Origin: an uncultured Desulfosarcina sp.
GTDB taxonomy: Bacteria; Desulfobacterota; Desulfobacteria; Desulfobacterales; Desulfosarcinaceae
NCBI GenBank assembly: GCA_963674945.2
Contig: CAXXWQ010000003.1
Location: forward strand, 704,001 to 768,000
DNA length: 64,000 bases
Direction of reading: 5' to 3'
Shown: piece after piece, positions 1-9,625 of the stretch
How the letters are laid out: each line of letters starts with the position of its first letter
How positions within the stretch are numbered: position 1 is the first letter of the stretch
Made by a program: the position numbers and the translations under genes
The notes under the pieces: generated by a model
Databases searched by the model: none
What the model was told of the DNA's origin: nothing
Seen by the model: only the letters and a program-made list of their open reading frames with translations

Positions 1-208
1 TTTTTATCTAAATTTCGATTGGTTCCACGAAAACTCATTCTTTTACTTCAATTCGGATTGCCTGAAGTAAATTAATGAGAGCTGACTCGAGTATGGAACC
101 TGAACCAATACTGATAAATTGTCTACATTTCTTCAAGCGAGAATAGGATGAGTAGCATTGAGGAAAACAAATATTAGTAGATAGAGATTTCATTAGGACG
201 TAAATACC

Positions 209-1384
209 TTGAAAGATATACAGAAACCAGAAGATTTGGCTATCAACGGAGCTCCTCCGGCTTTTGATCAAACATTGCATGTTGGCCATCCAAACATTGG
301 CAACCGTGATGCGTTCATGAACTATATCACAGATATACTCGATCGACGCTGGTTGACCAACAACGGGCCGCTCGTACAGAAGTTCGAACAAAGGGTTGCA
401 GACTATTTGAGAGTCAAACACTGTGTGTCGATGTGCAATGGTACCGTAGCTCTCGAAATCGCCATCCGAGCTTTGGGTTTGGAAGGTGAGGTTATTATCC
501 CTTCCTACACCTTCATTGCGACCGCCCATGCATTGAACTGGCAAGCGATCACCCCGGTTTTCGCCGATATCGACCCGAGAACGCACAATCTTGATCCTAT
601 GGCCGTTCGCCAAATGATCACCCCTCGAACAACGGGAATAATTGGAGTTCACTTATGGGGACGTGCCGCACCCGTTGAGGAATTACAATCCATCGCCGAC
701 GAGTTTGGTCTAAAGTTGATGTTCGATGCCGCTCATGCCTTCGGCTGTTCGCATGGTGGGACTATGATCGGTAGTTTTGGGATTTGTGAAGCCCTTAGCT
801 TCCATGCGACTAAATTTCTCAACACTCTCGAGGGTGGTGCAGTAGTTACCAACGATGATGAGCTTGCTGCAGCCATGCGCCTGATGCGCAACTTTGGGTT
901 CTCAGGCTTAGATAATGTCATCCATCCCGGTACCAATGGCAAAATGATAGAAGTCGCTGCGGCCATGGGCCTCGTTAATATGGAGATCATCGATAGCCTG
1001 ATTGAAACAAATTATAATAATCACATGGCTTATCGAAAAGCGTTGGCAGATATACCAGGTTTAGCCCTACTATCGTATAGCGAGACAGAACGAAACAACT
1101 ACCAATATGTTGTTGTGGAAGTAGACGAGGACAGCCAAGTCTCCCGAGATCGAATCGTAGACGTGTTACATGCCGAAAATGTCCGTGCACGTAGGTATTT
1201 CTGGCCAGGTTGTCATAAGATGCAGCCTTATCGCGCGTTATATCCTCATGCGGGACTCTTGCTGCCGAATACACAGTGCGTTGCTCGGCGGGTAGTGGTA
1301 TTACCAAACGGTCATACGATGAATGAAGACATGATCAACGAAGTCGCCGCCGTGATTCGTGTAGTAATGGAAAACCCGACATGA
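209..1384 (+). CDS. DegT/DnrJ/EryC1/StrS sugar aminotransferase (VioA-like)
   Basis: NGTVAL, PSYTFIAT, FDAAHAFG and SFHATK (PLP Lys) motifs; TTG start uncertain. Confidence 0.9.
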   Translation: MKDIQKPEDLAINGAPPAFDQTLHVGHPNIGNRDAFMNYITDILDRRWLTNNGPLVQKFEQRVADYLRVKHCVSMCNGTVALEIAIRALGLEGEVIIPSYTFIATAHALNWQAITPVFADIDPRTHNLDPMAVRQMITPRTTGIIGVHLWGRAAPVEELQSIADEFGLKLMFDAAHAFGCSHGGTMIGSFGICEALSFHATKFLNTLEGGAVVTNDDELAAAMRLMRNFGFSGLDNVIHPGTNGKMIEVAAAMGLVNMEIIDSLIETNYNNHMAYRKALADIPGLALLSYSETERNNYQYVVVEVDEDSQVSRDRIVDVLHAENVRARRYFWPGCHKMQPYRALYPHAGLLLPNTQCVARRVVVLPNGHTMNEDMINEVAAVIRVVMENPT

Positions 1385-2097
1385 AGCTCGCCATCATGCA
1401 GCCCTATTTTTTACCATACATCGGCTATTGGCAGTTGATTCATGCTGTGGATCGTTTCGTCATTTACGATGATGTAACCTATATTAAAGGAGGATGGATT
1501 AACCGAAATAGACTCTTGATCAATGGAAAACCTACCTACATTACGGTCCCGTTGGTTCATGCATCATCATATAAGTACATTTATGACACGATTTTACATC
1601 CTTCACTCAATTGGCGCAAAAAATTGTTAAAAACAATTAGAAATACCTACAGAAAAACGGCTTACTTTTCGAATGTGTATCCGATCGTCGAAAAGCTAAT
1701 CAACCATGAGACAAATAACCTTTCCGATTTCCTGGCCAATCAGCTACAAACCCTTTCCACATTCATGGGTATTAAGACTGAATTCGTATTGACCAGCCGT
1801 ATTTATGATAACTGCAGTCTATCCGGAGAGGAAAGAATTATTGATATTTGCAAGCGAGAACGGGCCAAAACTTATATTAATCCAGAGGGAGGACAGACGC
1901 TTTACAATAGCAGCGTCTTTCGTGCCGCAGGCATGGACCTATGTTTTATCGTGATGCGCGTTTTGCCTTATAGACAACGATCGGCCAATTTTACTCCTTA
2001 TCTTTCAATCATTGATGCGCTTATGGAGATTGGACCAATCAATATAAAAAACCACCTTGCAGCGTTTTCCATTGTTAGAAAGTCAGTTTCCACATGA
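1381..2097 (+). CDS. WbqC family protein (putative aminoacyl/glycyl transferase for an amino sugar)
   Basis: MKLAIMQPYFLPYIGYWQLI..D.FVIYDDV..WINRNR start and C-terminal PYLSIID; ATGA overlap with upstream gene. Confidence 0.88.
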   Translation: MKLAIMQPYFLPYIGYWQLIHAVDRFVIYDDVTYIKGGWINRNRLLINGKPTYITVPLVHASSYKYIYDTILHPSLNWRKKLLKTIRNTYRKTAYFSNVYPIVEKLINHETNNLSDFLANQLQTLSTFMGIKTEFVLTSRIYDNCSLSGEERIIDICKRERAKTYINPEGGQTLYNSSVFRAAGMDLCFIVMRVLPYRQRSANFTPYLSIIDALMEIGPINIKNHLAAFSIVRKSVST

Positions 2098-2302
2098 TAG
2101 GCGAAACTGCCATGCAGATCTTACAAATAGAAGTGGATGGGTTTGTTTTATCTGTACAAATTGATTATCTCAACGCATGTTATAACTTAAACCGGCTACG
2201 CTGATTTTTATCACACTATGTGGACGAAAACATGTCGAAAAGATTTTTATTCCACCGATGTGAAGGAAAACTTCAGCAACACGTATACAGCGATGGAAAA
2301 AT

Positions 2303-3301
2303 ATGACGGTCCCAAAAGAAGAAAAATTCCGAACAAAAGCTTTTCAACGAAATGAGCAGCTGGAAAAATTACTTCATAAATTAAACGCTTTATTAGGTTG
2401 CTCTGAGGAAATGGCCTTAGACTACTATTCCAAAGAAAATGAAGATTTTCCTATCGTATTCGTAATGGGTCCGCTCAGGAGCGGAACGACTCTGTTCATG
2501 CAATGGTTGGCAAACACAGGTATAGTTGCTTATCCAACCAACCTCATGTCTAGATTCTATGGCGCACCGGTAATGGGTGCATTATTCCAGCTTCTTTTAA
2601 CTGACGATCGTTTCAATTTCCGAAATGAGATACTGGATTTTACTATGCCGATCTCCTTTAACTCTGAAAATGGAAAAACCAAAGGTGCGTTGGCGCCAAA
2701 CGAATTCTGGTATTTCTGGCGGCGCTTCTTGCCATTCAAGGAACTGGACTGGCTATCCGACGAAGAATTGTTACATGTTGTGGATAAAGAGAGACTTGTG
2801 GCTGAACTCACAACATTGACAAGGGTTTTCGGAAAACCTTTTGCACTAAAAAGCATGATTTTGAATTACAATATTCCATTCCTGAATGAAATTTTTCATA
2901 AATCACTTTTCGTTCAATTAAAACGTGACCCAGTGACAAACGTGGCATCCATTTTAGATGCACGAAAGCGGCAACTAGGTAACGAAAATGAGTGGTATTC
3001 CTTTAAAATCCCAGAGTATCCGCAACTAAGAGATCTTGATCCGGTCACCCAGTCTGCCGGACAATTGCATTTCATAAACAAAGCAGTCACACAAGCGATG
3101 TCTATGGTGGATCAATCAAAAAAAATTGTTGTCCAATATGAGACTTTTTGCCAAAATCCTCGACAATTTTTTGAGGAATTAGCCGATAAATTAAGAATCA
3201 ATAAAAAGTGTTACATAGGGCCTGATCGCTTTAACATTTCACGCAACGTGAATTCAAACTGTTTAATTGAAACCGCTTTGGCAAGATTCGTTGGGAAATG
3301 A
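2303..3301 (+). CDS. Sulfotransferase
   Basis: 5'-PSB loop GPLRSGTT, 3'-PB motif KRDP..VAS, YE.FC..P. Confidence 0.85.
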   Translation: MTVPKEEKFRTKAFQRNEQLEKLLHKLNALLGCSEEMALDYYSKENEDFPIVFVMGPLRSGTTLFMQWLANTGIVAYPTNLMSRFYGAPVMGALFQLLLTDDRFNFRNEILDFTMPISFNSENGKTKGALAPNEFWYFWRRFLPFKELDWLSDEELLHVVDKERLVAELTTLTRVFGKPFALKSMILNYNIPFLNEIFHKSLFVQLKRDPVTNVASILDARKRQLGNENEWYSFKIPEYPQLRDLDPVTQSAGQLHFINKAVTQAMSMVDQSKKIVVQYETFCQNPRQFFEELADKLRINKKCYIGPDRFNISRNVNSNCLIETALARFVGK

Positions 3302-4752
3302 TGACCTTACGTCAAAAAACAACCAATGCATTTAAGTGGAGTGCACTTGATGTGTTTATGCGCCAAGGCCTGCAATTTCTCATTTCAATCATCTTGGCTC
3401 GTATTCTATCACCTAATGATTTTGGTGTGGTTGCGATGCTTGCGTTGTTCGTTGGCGTGGCCAGCATTTTCATCGACAGCGGTTTCAGCGCAGCTCTCAT
3501 TCAGAGGCAGAACACAACGCATACGGATGAGTCCACAGTGTTTTTCTTCAATATCGGAATGGGTTTTTTGGCCGCATTATTACTCAGCATTGCTGCTTTC
3601 TGGATCGCAGCATTTTTTAACGAGCCGACCCTACAATATCTTACATATGCAATGTCTTTCAACCTGTTTGTTAATTCCTTCGGTTCTATCCATAATACGA
3701 TGCTTATCAAGGAAATGAACTTTAAGACCATAGCCAAAGCCGGCATCGTCAGTTCATCGACAGCAGGTATGTTGGCTATATTTTTGGCTTTCAGGGGCTA
3801 CGGTGTCTGGAGCTTAGCAGTACAGTCAATAACAACAAGCATCATTTCGGTCCTGCTACTTTGGTACTGGCACTCGTGGCGCCCCAAATGGACGTTCAGC
3901 TTAATTTCATTGCGGTCTTTTTTTCGATTTGGCGGCTATGAGATGGCAGCAACACTGATTGACGTCTTTTCCAACAACCTTTATTTGATTTTAATAGGGA
4001 AAATATACTCCCCAAGCGATGTGGGGTATTATGATCGGGCGCAACGGACGCAGCAATTGCCCATCACACTGATGATGAACATTACAAATAGAGTATTTTT
4101 CTCAGTATTTTCAACTTTATCGAATGACAAACCCAAATTGATTAAAGGGTTACGCAAAGCGCAAGCCGTAGCAATGTTTGTGAACATACCGTTAATGGTA
4201 GGTGTCATCTTGCTCGCCGAGCCACTTATACTAACTTTATTCGGACCACAGTGGTTACCCTGCGTTCCAGTTTTACAAGTCTTAGGAATAGGCGGTTTCT
4301 TGTGGCCTTTACATGTTCTGAACTTAAACATTTTAAAGGCGCAGGGGTATTCAGATTTGTTCTTTCGAATCACAATACTTAAAAAAGTCGTTTCGATCAG
4401 CCTGACTATAGCCGCAAGCTACTACGGAGTCATAGCAATTGCCTGGGCGCAGGTCGCTACCTCCATCATTGCTTATTTTGTTAACACTTATTATACCAAA
4501 GTGTTTTTGTCCTACAGCGGATTGAAACAATTGGGCGACTTGGCTGCGAATTTTATATCGGTTCTTCCAATGGCGATTTCACTCTACTTCTTAACAAACC
4601 TGATGCAAGAAGCATCGTATTGTGTGAAACTTATTTCTGCAAGTGTTCTTGGCGGTCTAATTTATTTGGTGACTTGTCGATTGTTGTGTTCGGAAATAAT
4701 AAATGAATTTTTATATATAATTAAGGAACGAAAACATGTTCCGCAGATGTAA
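3298..4752 (+). CDS. Wzx/PST-family polysaccharide flippase
   Basis: IILARILSPNDFG, DSGFSAALIQ, VGYY.RA; many hydrophobic segments. Confidence 0.9.
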   Translation: MMTLRQKTTNAFKWSALDVFMRQGLQFLISIILARILSPNDFGVVAMLALFVGVASIFIDSGFSAALIQRQNTTHTDESTVFFFNIGMGFLAALLLSIAAFWIAAFFNEPTLQYLTYAMSFNLFVNSFGSIHNTMLIKEMNFKTIAKAGIVSSSTAGMLAIFLAFRGYGVWSLAVQSITTSIISVLLLWYWHSWRPKWTFSLISLRSFFRFGGYEMAATLIDVFSNNLYLILIGKIYSPSDVGYYDRAQRTQQLPITLMMNITNRVFFSVFSTLSNDKPKLIKGLRKAQAVAMFVNIPLMVGVILLAEPLILTLFGPQWLPCVPVLQVLGIGGFLWPLHVLNLNILKAQGYSDLFFRITILKKVVSISLTIAASYYGVIAIAWAQVATSIIAYFVNTYYTKVFLSYSGLKQLGDLAANFISVLPMAISLYFLTNLMQEASYCVKLISASVLGGLIYLVTCRLLCSEIINEFLYIIKERKHVPQM

Positions 4753-4802
4753 ATAAAAAAAACACAAAGAGGTTTGCTGTTTTACATATTAAGGTGCGCT
4801 AA

Positions 4803-5456
4803 ATGGATCCACGCAATACTATTTTAAATTTCATAAAAATTATTATTGTTCTTGCAAGAGAACAAAGGAATAAAGCGAGAATAGCAGCAGCAAAAAAAAT
4901 AGTAAAGAAAAATACAAAGCCTTACCGTCTCAATATAGGTTGCGGAAAATCATATTTTGATGGATGGTTGAATATTGATCTTGATGAGAAAGGACCTGCG
5001 GATATAAATATTGATGTCCGATGGCCACTACCATTTGAGGAAAACTCCTGCGAGTTGATTTTTACGGAACATACTCTCGAACATCTAACCGTAGAACACG
5101 GGGTCGGATTTCTAAGAGAATGCTTTCGCATACTGAACAAAGGTGGAATATTGAGAATTGCAATTCCATCTTTAGATAAGCTCATCCAACGAAGTTATGA
5201 AGGGAATTGGCGTGATGCCGATTGGTTATCTTGGCCTGAATATAAACATGTCAGTACGCGAGCTGAGATGATTAACTTGGCGTTTCGTTCATGGGGACAT
5301 CAATGGTTGTACGACCAAGAAGAGCTTTACAGAAGATTAAGAGAAGCGGGATTTGCAGAAATTACTAGCTGCGAGTGGGGAAGGAGCAGACTTATTGACC
5401 TTTGTGGACGCGAGACAAGAAAAGATTCATTGTTAATCGTTGAAGCGGAAAAGTAA
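4803..5456 (+). CDS. Class I SAM-dependent methyltransferase
   Basis: LNIGCG motif I, LPFEENS, HTLEHL, ECFRILNKGG. Confidence 0.85.
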   Translation: MDPRNTILNFIKIIIVLAREQRNKARIAAAKKIVKKNTKPYRLNIGCGKSYFDGWLNIDLDEKGPADINIDVRWPLPFEENSCELIFTEHTLEHLTVEHGVGFLRECFRILNKGGILRIAIPSLDKLIQRSYEGNWRDADWLSWPEYKHVSTRAEMINLAFRSWGHQWLYDQEELYRRLREAGFAEITSCEWGRSRLIDLCGRETRKDSLLIVEAEK

Positions 5457-5457
5457 A

Positions 5458-6417
5458 ATGAAACAATATAGAACCAACCAGTCGTGCAAATCTGAGGAGT
5501 CAATGCACCATTCCCCACTGGTTAGTGTATGCATCATTACTTACAATCATGAAAGATATTTATCTAGGGCAATAGACTCCGTGTTGCGCCAGGAAGTTGA
5601 TTTCGAATTTGAAGTAATCATTGGTGAAGATTATTCCAGTGACTCTACACTGCAAATCGCATTCTCATATCAAGATCAATACCAGAACCGCATCAAAGTG
5701 GCACAATCTGGTAAAAAAAAGAAGTTATTGATCGATGGCCATCAAACCGGTCGATTTAATTTCCTCAATGCGCTGCAAAAATGTCAAGGGAAGTACATTG
5801 CCCTTCTTGATGGAGATGACTATTGGCTTGATTCGAATAAACTGCAAAAGCAGGTTGATTACCTGGAGAATCATCCGGACTGTTCATTTTCTTTTCACAA
5901 TGTTTACTTGCAAGTTTACGACAACCAGTCCACATTTAAGAAGACGTATCTATCTGATACATTCTATAATAATAAGAACTTGCGGCATCTCTTGGTACAG
6001 ATCAATTATGTTCCGACATCTTCGGTTGTTTTCAGGAACAATGTTCCCGAATTTTTTCCTGAAATATTCTACAAATGCATGTTTGGAGACTGGCCCCTCC
6101 ATATTTTGAACCTAAACTACGGCAATCCTGGATATCTGAAGGAAACCATGAGCGTATATCGATTCGGATCAGGAATATGGACGAAAAAAACAAAGGTTGA
6201 TCAAATGCAGCCTATACTAAAATTTTACGATTGGATTTATGAAATCGCCCCCCAAGATATACGTGGTTTAATCCCGTTTGCCTTGGCGAAAAATAATATT
6301 AAAATGGCATTTGAATGCTTAAAGACGTTAAAATTATATAATTTTTGTGTTCATTTGACCATGGGTGTGTATCACTGGTTGTTTTGGTGTCTAAAAACAA
6401 GACGGCTTTCTTATTGA
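5458..6417 (+). CDS. Glycosyltransferase family 2
   Basis: VSVCIITYN, GEDYSSD, LDGDDYW; start uncertain (5440/5458/5503). Confidence 0.88.
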   Translation: MKQYRTNQSCKSEESMHHSPLVSVCIITYNHERYLSRAIDSVLRQEVDFEFEVIIGEDYSSDSTLQIAFSYQDQYQNRIKVAQSGKKKKLLIDGHQTGRFNFLNALQKCQGKYIALLDGDDYWLDSNKLQKQVDYLENHPDCSFSFHNVYLQVYDNQSTFKKTYLSDTFYNNKNLRHLLVQINYVPTSSVVFRNNVPEFFPEIFYKCMFGDWPLHILNLNYGNPGYLKETMSVYRFGSGIWTKKTKVDQMQPILKFYDWIYEIAPQDIRGLIPFALAKNNIKMAFECLKTLKLYNFCVHLTMGVYHWLFWCLKTRRLSY

Positions 6418-6420
6418 GAG

Positions 6421-7701
6421 GTGTTGACGATGTCTCCCAATATTACCGACGTTAAACCTCTGATCCTTAACACCTACGATAGTCACGGCGGCGCGGCAAT
6501 CGCAACCTATCGCATTCATGGTGGCCTTCGTTCAATAGGTATCAATTCCTTCATGTTAGTACAGGCTAAAAAGACCAATGATCGCAGTATTATCAACCCT
6601 TCAACGAGACTTTATAAACTAATGGGATCACTGAGCGGCGATCTTGATAAAATACCATTATGGTTCTACCCTCAACGAAAGGCACCCCTTTTTTCTCCAT
6701 CCTGGTTTCCTGGTTTTCTATCTCGGGGATATAACCCTTGTAACTATGATATTGCGCATCTATTCTGGATTGCTAACGGCGCGCTCAGGATAGAAGCCAT
6801 AAAACGAATACGGCAACCGATTGTCTGGACCCTACACGATATGTGGCCTTTCACTGGAGGATGTCACTACGATGATGAGTGTGGAAAATTCAGGCACTCT
6901 TGTGGAAGTTGCCCCCAATTGCTTTCATCCAAAGATAATGATTTATCCAGACGCGTTTGGAAACGCAAACAGCGAACCTTCAAGTCCCTACCCATCGTTG
7001 TTGTCGCGACAAGCCAATGGCTCGCCTCGATGGCGGCTGAAAGCTCTCTTTTCAAAAATAAGCGGATTGAGGTAATTCCCAATGGCATTGATACTGATCA
7101 TTACAGACCTCTGGATAAAAGAGCAAGCCGTACAGCATTTCATTTGCCGTTGGAAAAACGTCTTATTTTATTCTCCGCTTTCGACGCGGCGTCTGACAAG
7201 CGTAAAGGAGGGCAATTTCTTCTTCAGGCCCTAAAAAGAATCACACAGAAAAAAAACGATGATTCTACTGAAATAGTCATATTAGGAGCATCTTCACCTG
7301 ATAACTTTCCGGACTTAGGCATAAAGGTTCACTGTATGGGCTATTTGAATGATGAGATCAGCCAGATATTACTGTATTCGGCAGTCGATGTTCTCGTAGC
7401 GCCTTCATTGCAGGAAAACCTATCCAACACGGTGATGGAATCTCTTTTATGCGGCACCCCGGTTGTTGCTTTCAATATTGGGGGAATGCCGGATTTGATT
7501 GATCATCGCAAAAGTGGATATTTGGCAAAGGCATTCGATGCTGAGGATTTGGCGAAGGGTATCGTGTGGACAATCGAAAATGATGATCGCCACAACAAAT
7601 TATCTCGCTGTGCTCGAGAGGCGGCCAAGATGAAGTACAACCTTCAAAAGGTTGCTCATCAGTATCTGTCTTTGTACGAAGATGTCTTACATCAGAATTG
7701 A
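6421..7701 (+). CDS. Glycosyltransferase family 4 (WcaC-like)
   Basis: GGAAIA, WTLHDMWPFTGGCHY, IPNGID, ENLSNTVME (Ex7E). Confidence 0.9.
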   Translation: MLTMSPNITDVKPLILNTYDSHGGAAIATYRIHGGLRSIGINSFMLVQAKKTNDRSIINPSTRLYKLMGSLSGDLDKIPLWFYPQRKAPLFSPSWFPGFLSRGYNPCNYDIAHLFWIANGALRIEAIKRIRQPIVWTLHDMWPFTGGCHYDDECGKFRHSCGSCPQLLSSKDNDLSRRVWKRKQRTFKSLPIVVVATSQWLASMAAESSLFKNKRIEVIPNGIDTDHYRPLDKRASRTAFHLPLEKRLILFSAFDAASDKRKGGQFLLQALKRITQKKNDDSTEIVILGASSPDNFPDLGIKVHCMGYLNDEISQILLYSAVDVLVAPSLQENLSNTVMESLLCGTPVVAFNIGGMPDLIDHRKSGYLAKAFDAEDLAKGIVWTIENDDRHNKLSRCAREAAKMKYNLQKVAHQYLSLYEDVLHQN

Positions 7702-7744
7702 TCATTCACTGAAGAATTTTATTAACAAACAATCATGAAAGATA

Positions 7745-8647
7745 CTAGGGGCGCCTTCTTGTTATTCTTTCAAAAGCATCGAACGCAGTACAATACATTT
7801 TTGTACCAAGGAATGAAATTAAGAGACATGCAAACGCAGTAGGATCGCTTGGCTTCGCCCTCATGGATTTGATTAAGTATTTTCGTCCTTCCGATAACTT
7901 ATTTGCCAAACAATAATTACTTCCTATGCCTAAAAGATGTTTTGCTTTAATATTTTTCTTTCCAACAATATCATCGTAATATTTTTGATAGATCCGTTTG
8001 TAGGAAATGGCCTTTACAAGTCGATTCGACTTATTCACACTTTTAGGCGTATCACCGACTGTTACCAGTGAGTCGCTGATAAAACCAAATGAATACGTTT
8101 TCGCCAATCTGAGAATTAAATCCCAATCTTCAAGACAGTACAATTTATCATCAAAAAAAATTCCTTCGAAACATCTTTTGTGCGCCATCAAAGTAGGAAG
8201 GCCAATAAAATTATACAACAACAAATCATTATAAATTTGGCCATATTTCTTTTTAACATTTTTTCCTGGAGTAACTCTTTCTTCACCTTGAATGCTTTTT
8301 GTAAATGCGGAATAGACAATATTTATTTTATTATCTTGAATAATTTCTATTTGCCTTTCAGCTTTTGTTCTATTCCATATATCATCATCATCATTAAACG
8401 CGATATATTCACCTTTGGCGATGTTTAACCCAACATTCCGTGAATTGGAAGCCGATCGATTGATCACTTTACGATAGTTGATTCTTTCATCATTTAAACC
8501 AACAACAACTTTGTTGGTTACATTATCTTCAGATCCGTCTACAACAATTATCTCGATATCCTTTATCGTCTGATTTAGAATACTATTGATGGAACGCGCA
8601 ACCAATTTGGGCCGGTTAAAGGTTGGTATAATCACACTAATTAGCAT
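7745..8647 (-). CDS. Glycosyltransferase family 2
   Basis: ISVIIPTFNR, VDGSED, AFNDDDD, EDWDL. Confidence 0.9.
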   Translation of the reverse strand: MLISVIIPTFNRPKLVARSINSILNQTIKDIEIIVVDGSEDNVTNKVVVGLNDERINYRKVINRSASNSRNVGLNIAKGEYIAFNDDDDIWNRTKAERQIEIIQDNKINIVYSAFTKSIQGEERVTPGKNVKKKYGQIYNDLLLYNFIGLPTLMAHKRCFEGIFFDDKLYCLEDWDLILRLAKTYSFGFISDSLVTVGDTPKSVNKSNRLVKAISYKRIYQKYYDDIVGKKNIKAKHLLGIGSNYCLANKLSEGRKYLIKSMRAKPSDPTAFACLLISFLGTKMYCTAFDAFERITRRRP

Positions 8648-8678
8648 TTGATTTTCTTCGCTACCGGCAAAGGCATCT

Positions 8679-9551
8679 TTAGTCTACCGTATAAAACCTT
8701 GTTTTTCCTGAAATAATCCTTACAAAATCAGCCAATATTTCGACGATTTTTTTACCGTATACGATTTCAACAAAAGAATACATTTTATATGCGATCAAAT
8801 TAGCCCTGCTTTTAAATAAGTTCGGTGAAAAACCATTTTTTAATAGCACATTGTTAAATTCAATCTGCATTGCAGATAAGCTACTGATGCGTGTACTTAT
8901 ACCAGCAGACGCCATTTTACTTACGATTAAATCATCTAAGAAATATGCATCCTCGTTTTTCAATGTCCTAACCAAAAGATCGTAGTCAGACGCTATCTCA
9001 AATTGTTCATCAAAGGTTCCTTTTTCCTGGAAAACGGAGTGATGATGAAAGCAAGCTTGATGGGGTATCATCATTTTTTCGGTAAAAAATTTTGATTTGA
9101 TGCTACGCCAATCTTCACCGTGGGAACTTAATACATTTCCATTTTTGGAAATCAAGTGCAGCCTTCCATAGACGATTCGATATCGTTTGGTGTTCAATGG
9201 TTTTATTAAGGCAATATATTTCTCCAATGTACGATTGTCATGAAAACAATCATCCGCCCCTATAAATATGATCCAGTCGCCTTTCGTTCTCATCAAGGCT
9301 TTATTCCATGCATGCGCAATTCCTCTGTCCGGGGATGATTCCCAGAAAGAAATGAAATTGTTGTTTTTTCGGATTATATCTACGGTACCATCTTCCGACC
9401 CACCATCGATGATTACAAGCTCTTTAGCGGGAAATGACTGATGGACGAAACTGTCTATACATCTTTGCAGATGCGAAGCCCCGTTCTTGACTGCAACCAC
9501 GACAGAGATAAGCGGCTTTCGTTTAGATTTTTCTTGATCGGTACGGATCAT
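8679..9551 (-). CDS. Glycosyltransferase family 2
   Basis: IDGGSEDGT, GIAHAWNK, GADD, HQA, SDYD. Confidence 0.9.
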   Translation of the reverse strand: MIRTDQEKSKRKPLISVVVAVKNGASHLQRCIDSFVHQSFPAKELVIIDGGSEDGTVDIIRKNNNFISFWESSPDRGIAHAWNKALMRTKGDWIIFIGADDCFHDNRTLEKYIALIKPLNTKRYRIVYGRLHLISKNGNVLSSHGEDWRSIKSKFFTEKMMIPHQACFHHHSVFQEKGTFDEQFEIASDYDLLVRTLKNEDAYFLDDLIVSKMASAGISTRISSLSAMQIEFNNVLLKNGFSPNLFKSRANLIAYKMYSFVEIVYGKKIVEILADFVRIISGKTRFYTVD

Positions 9552-9625
9552 TTCAGACCTTTTACGTTAACAGTTCCGCACTTCTATAATTGGGAAAAAT
9601 ATTACTAATCGTTTTTGTGAATTCT

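Noticed and set aside
1..208. 3' end of an upstream gene
   Set aside because: Two short open frames end at about 70-75; cannot tell which, if either, is real
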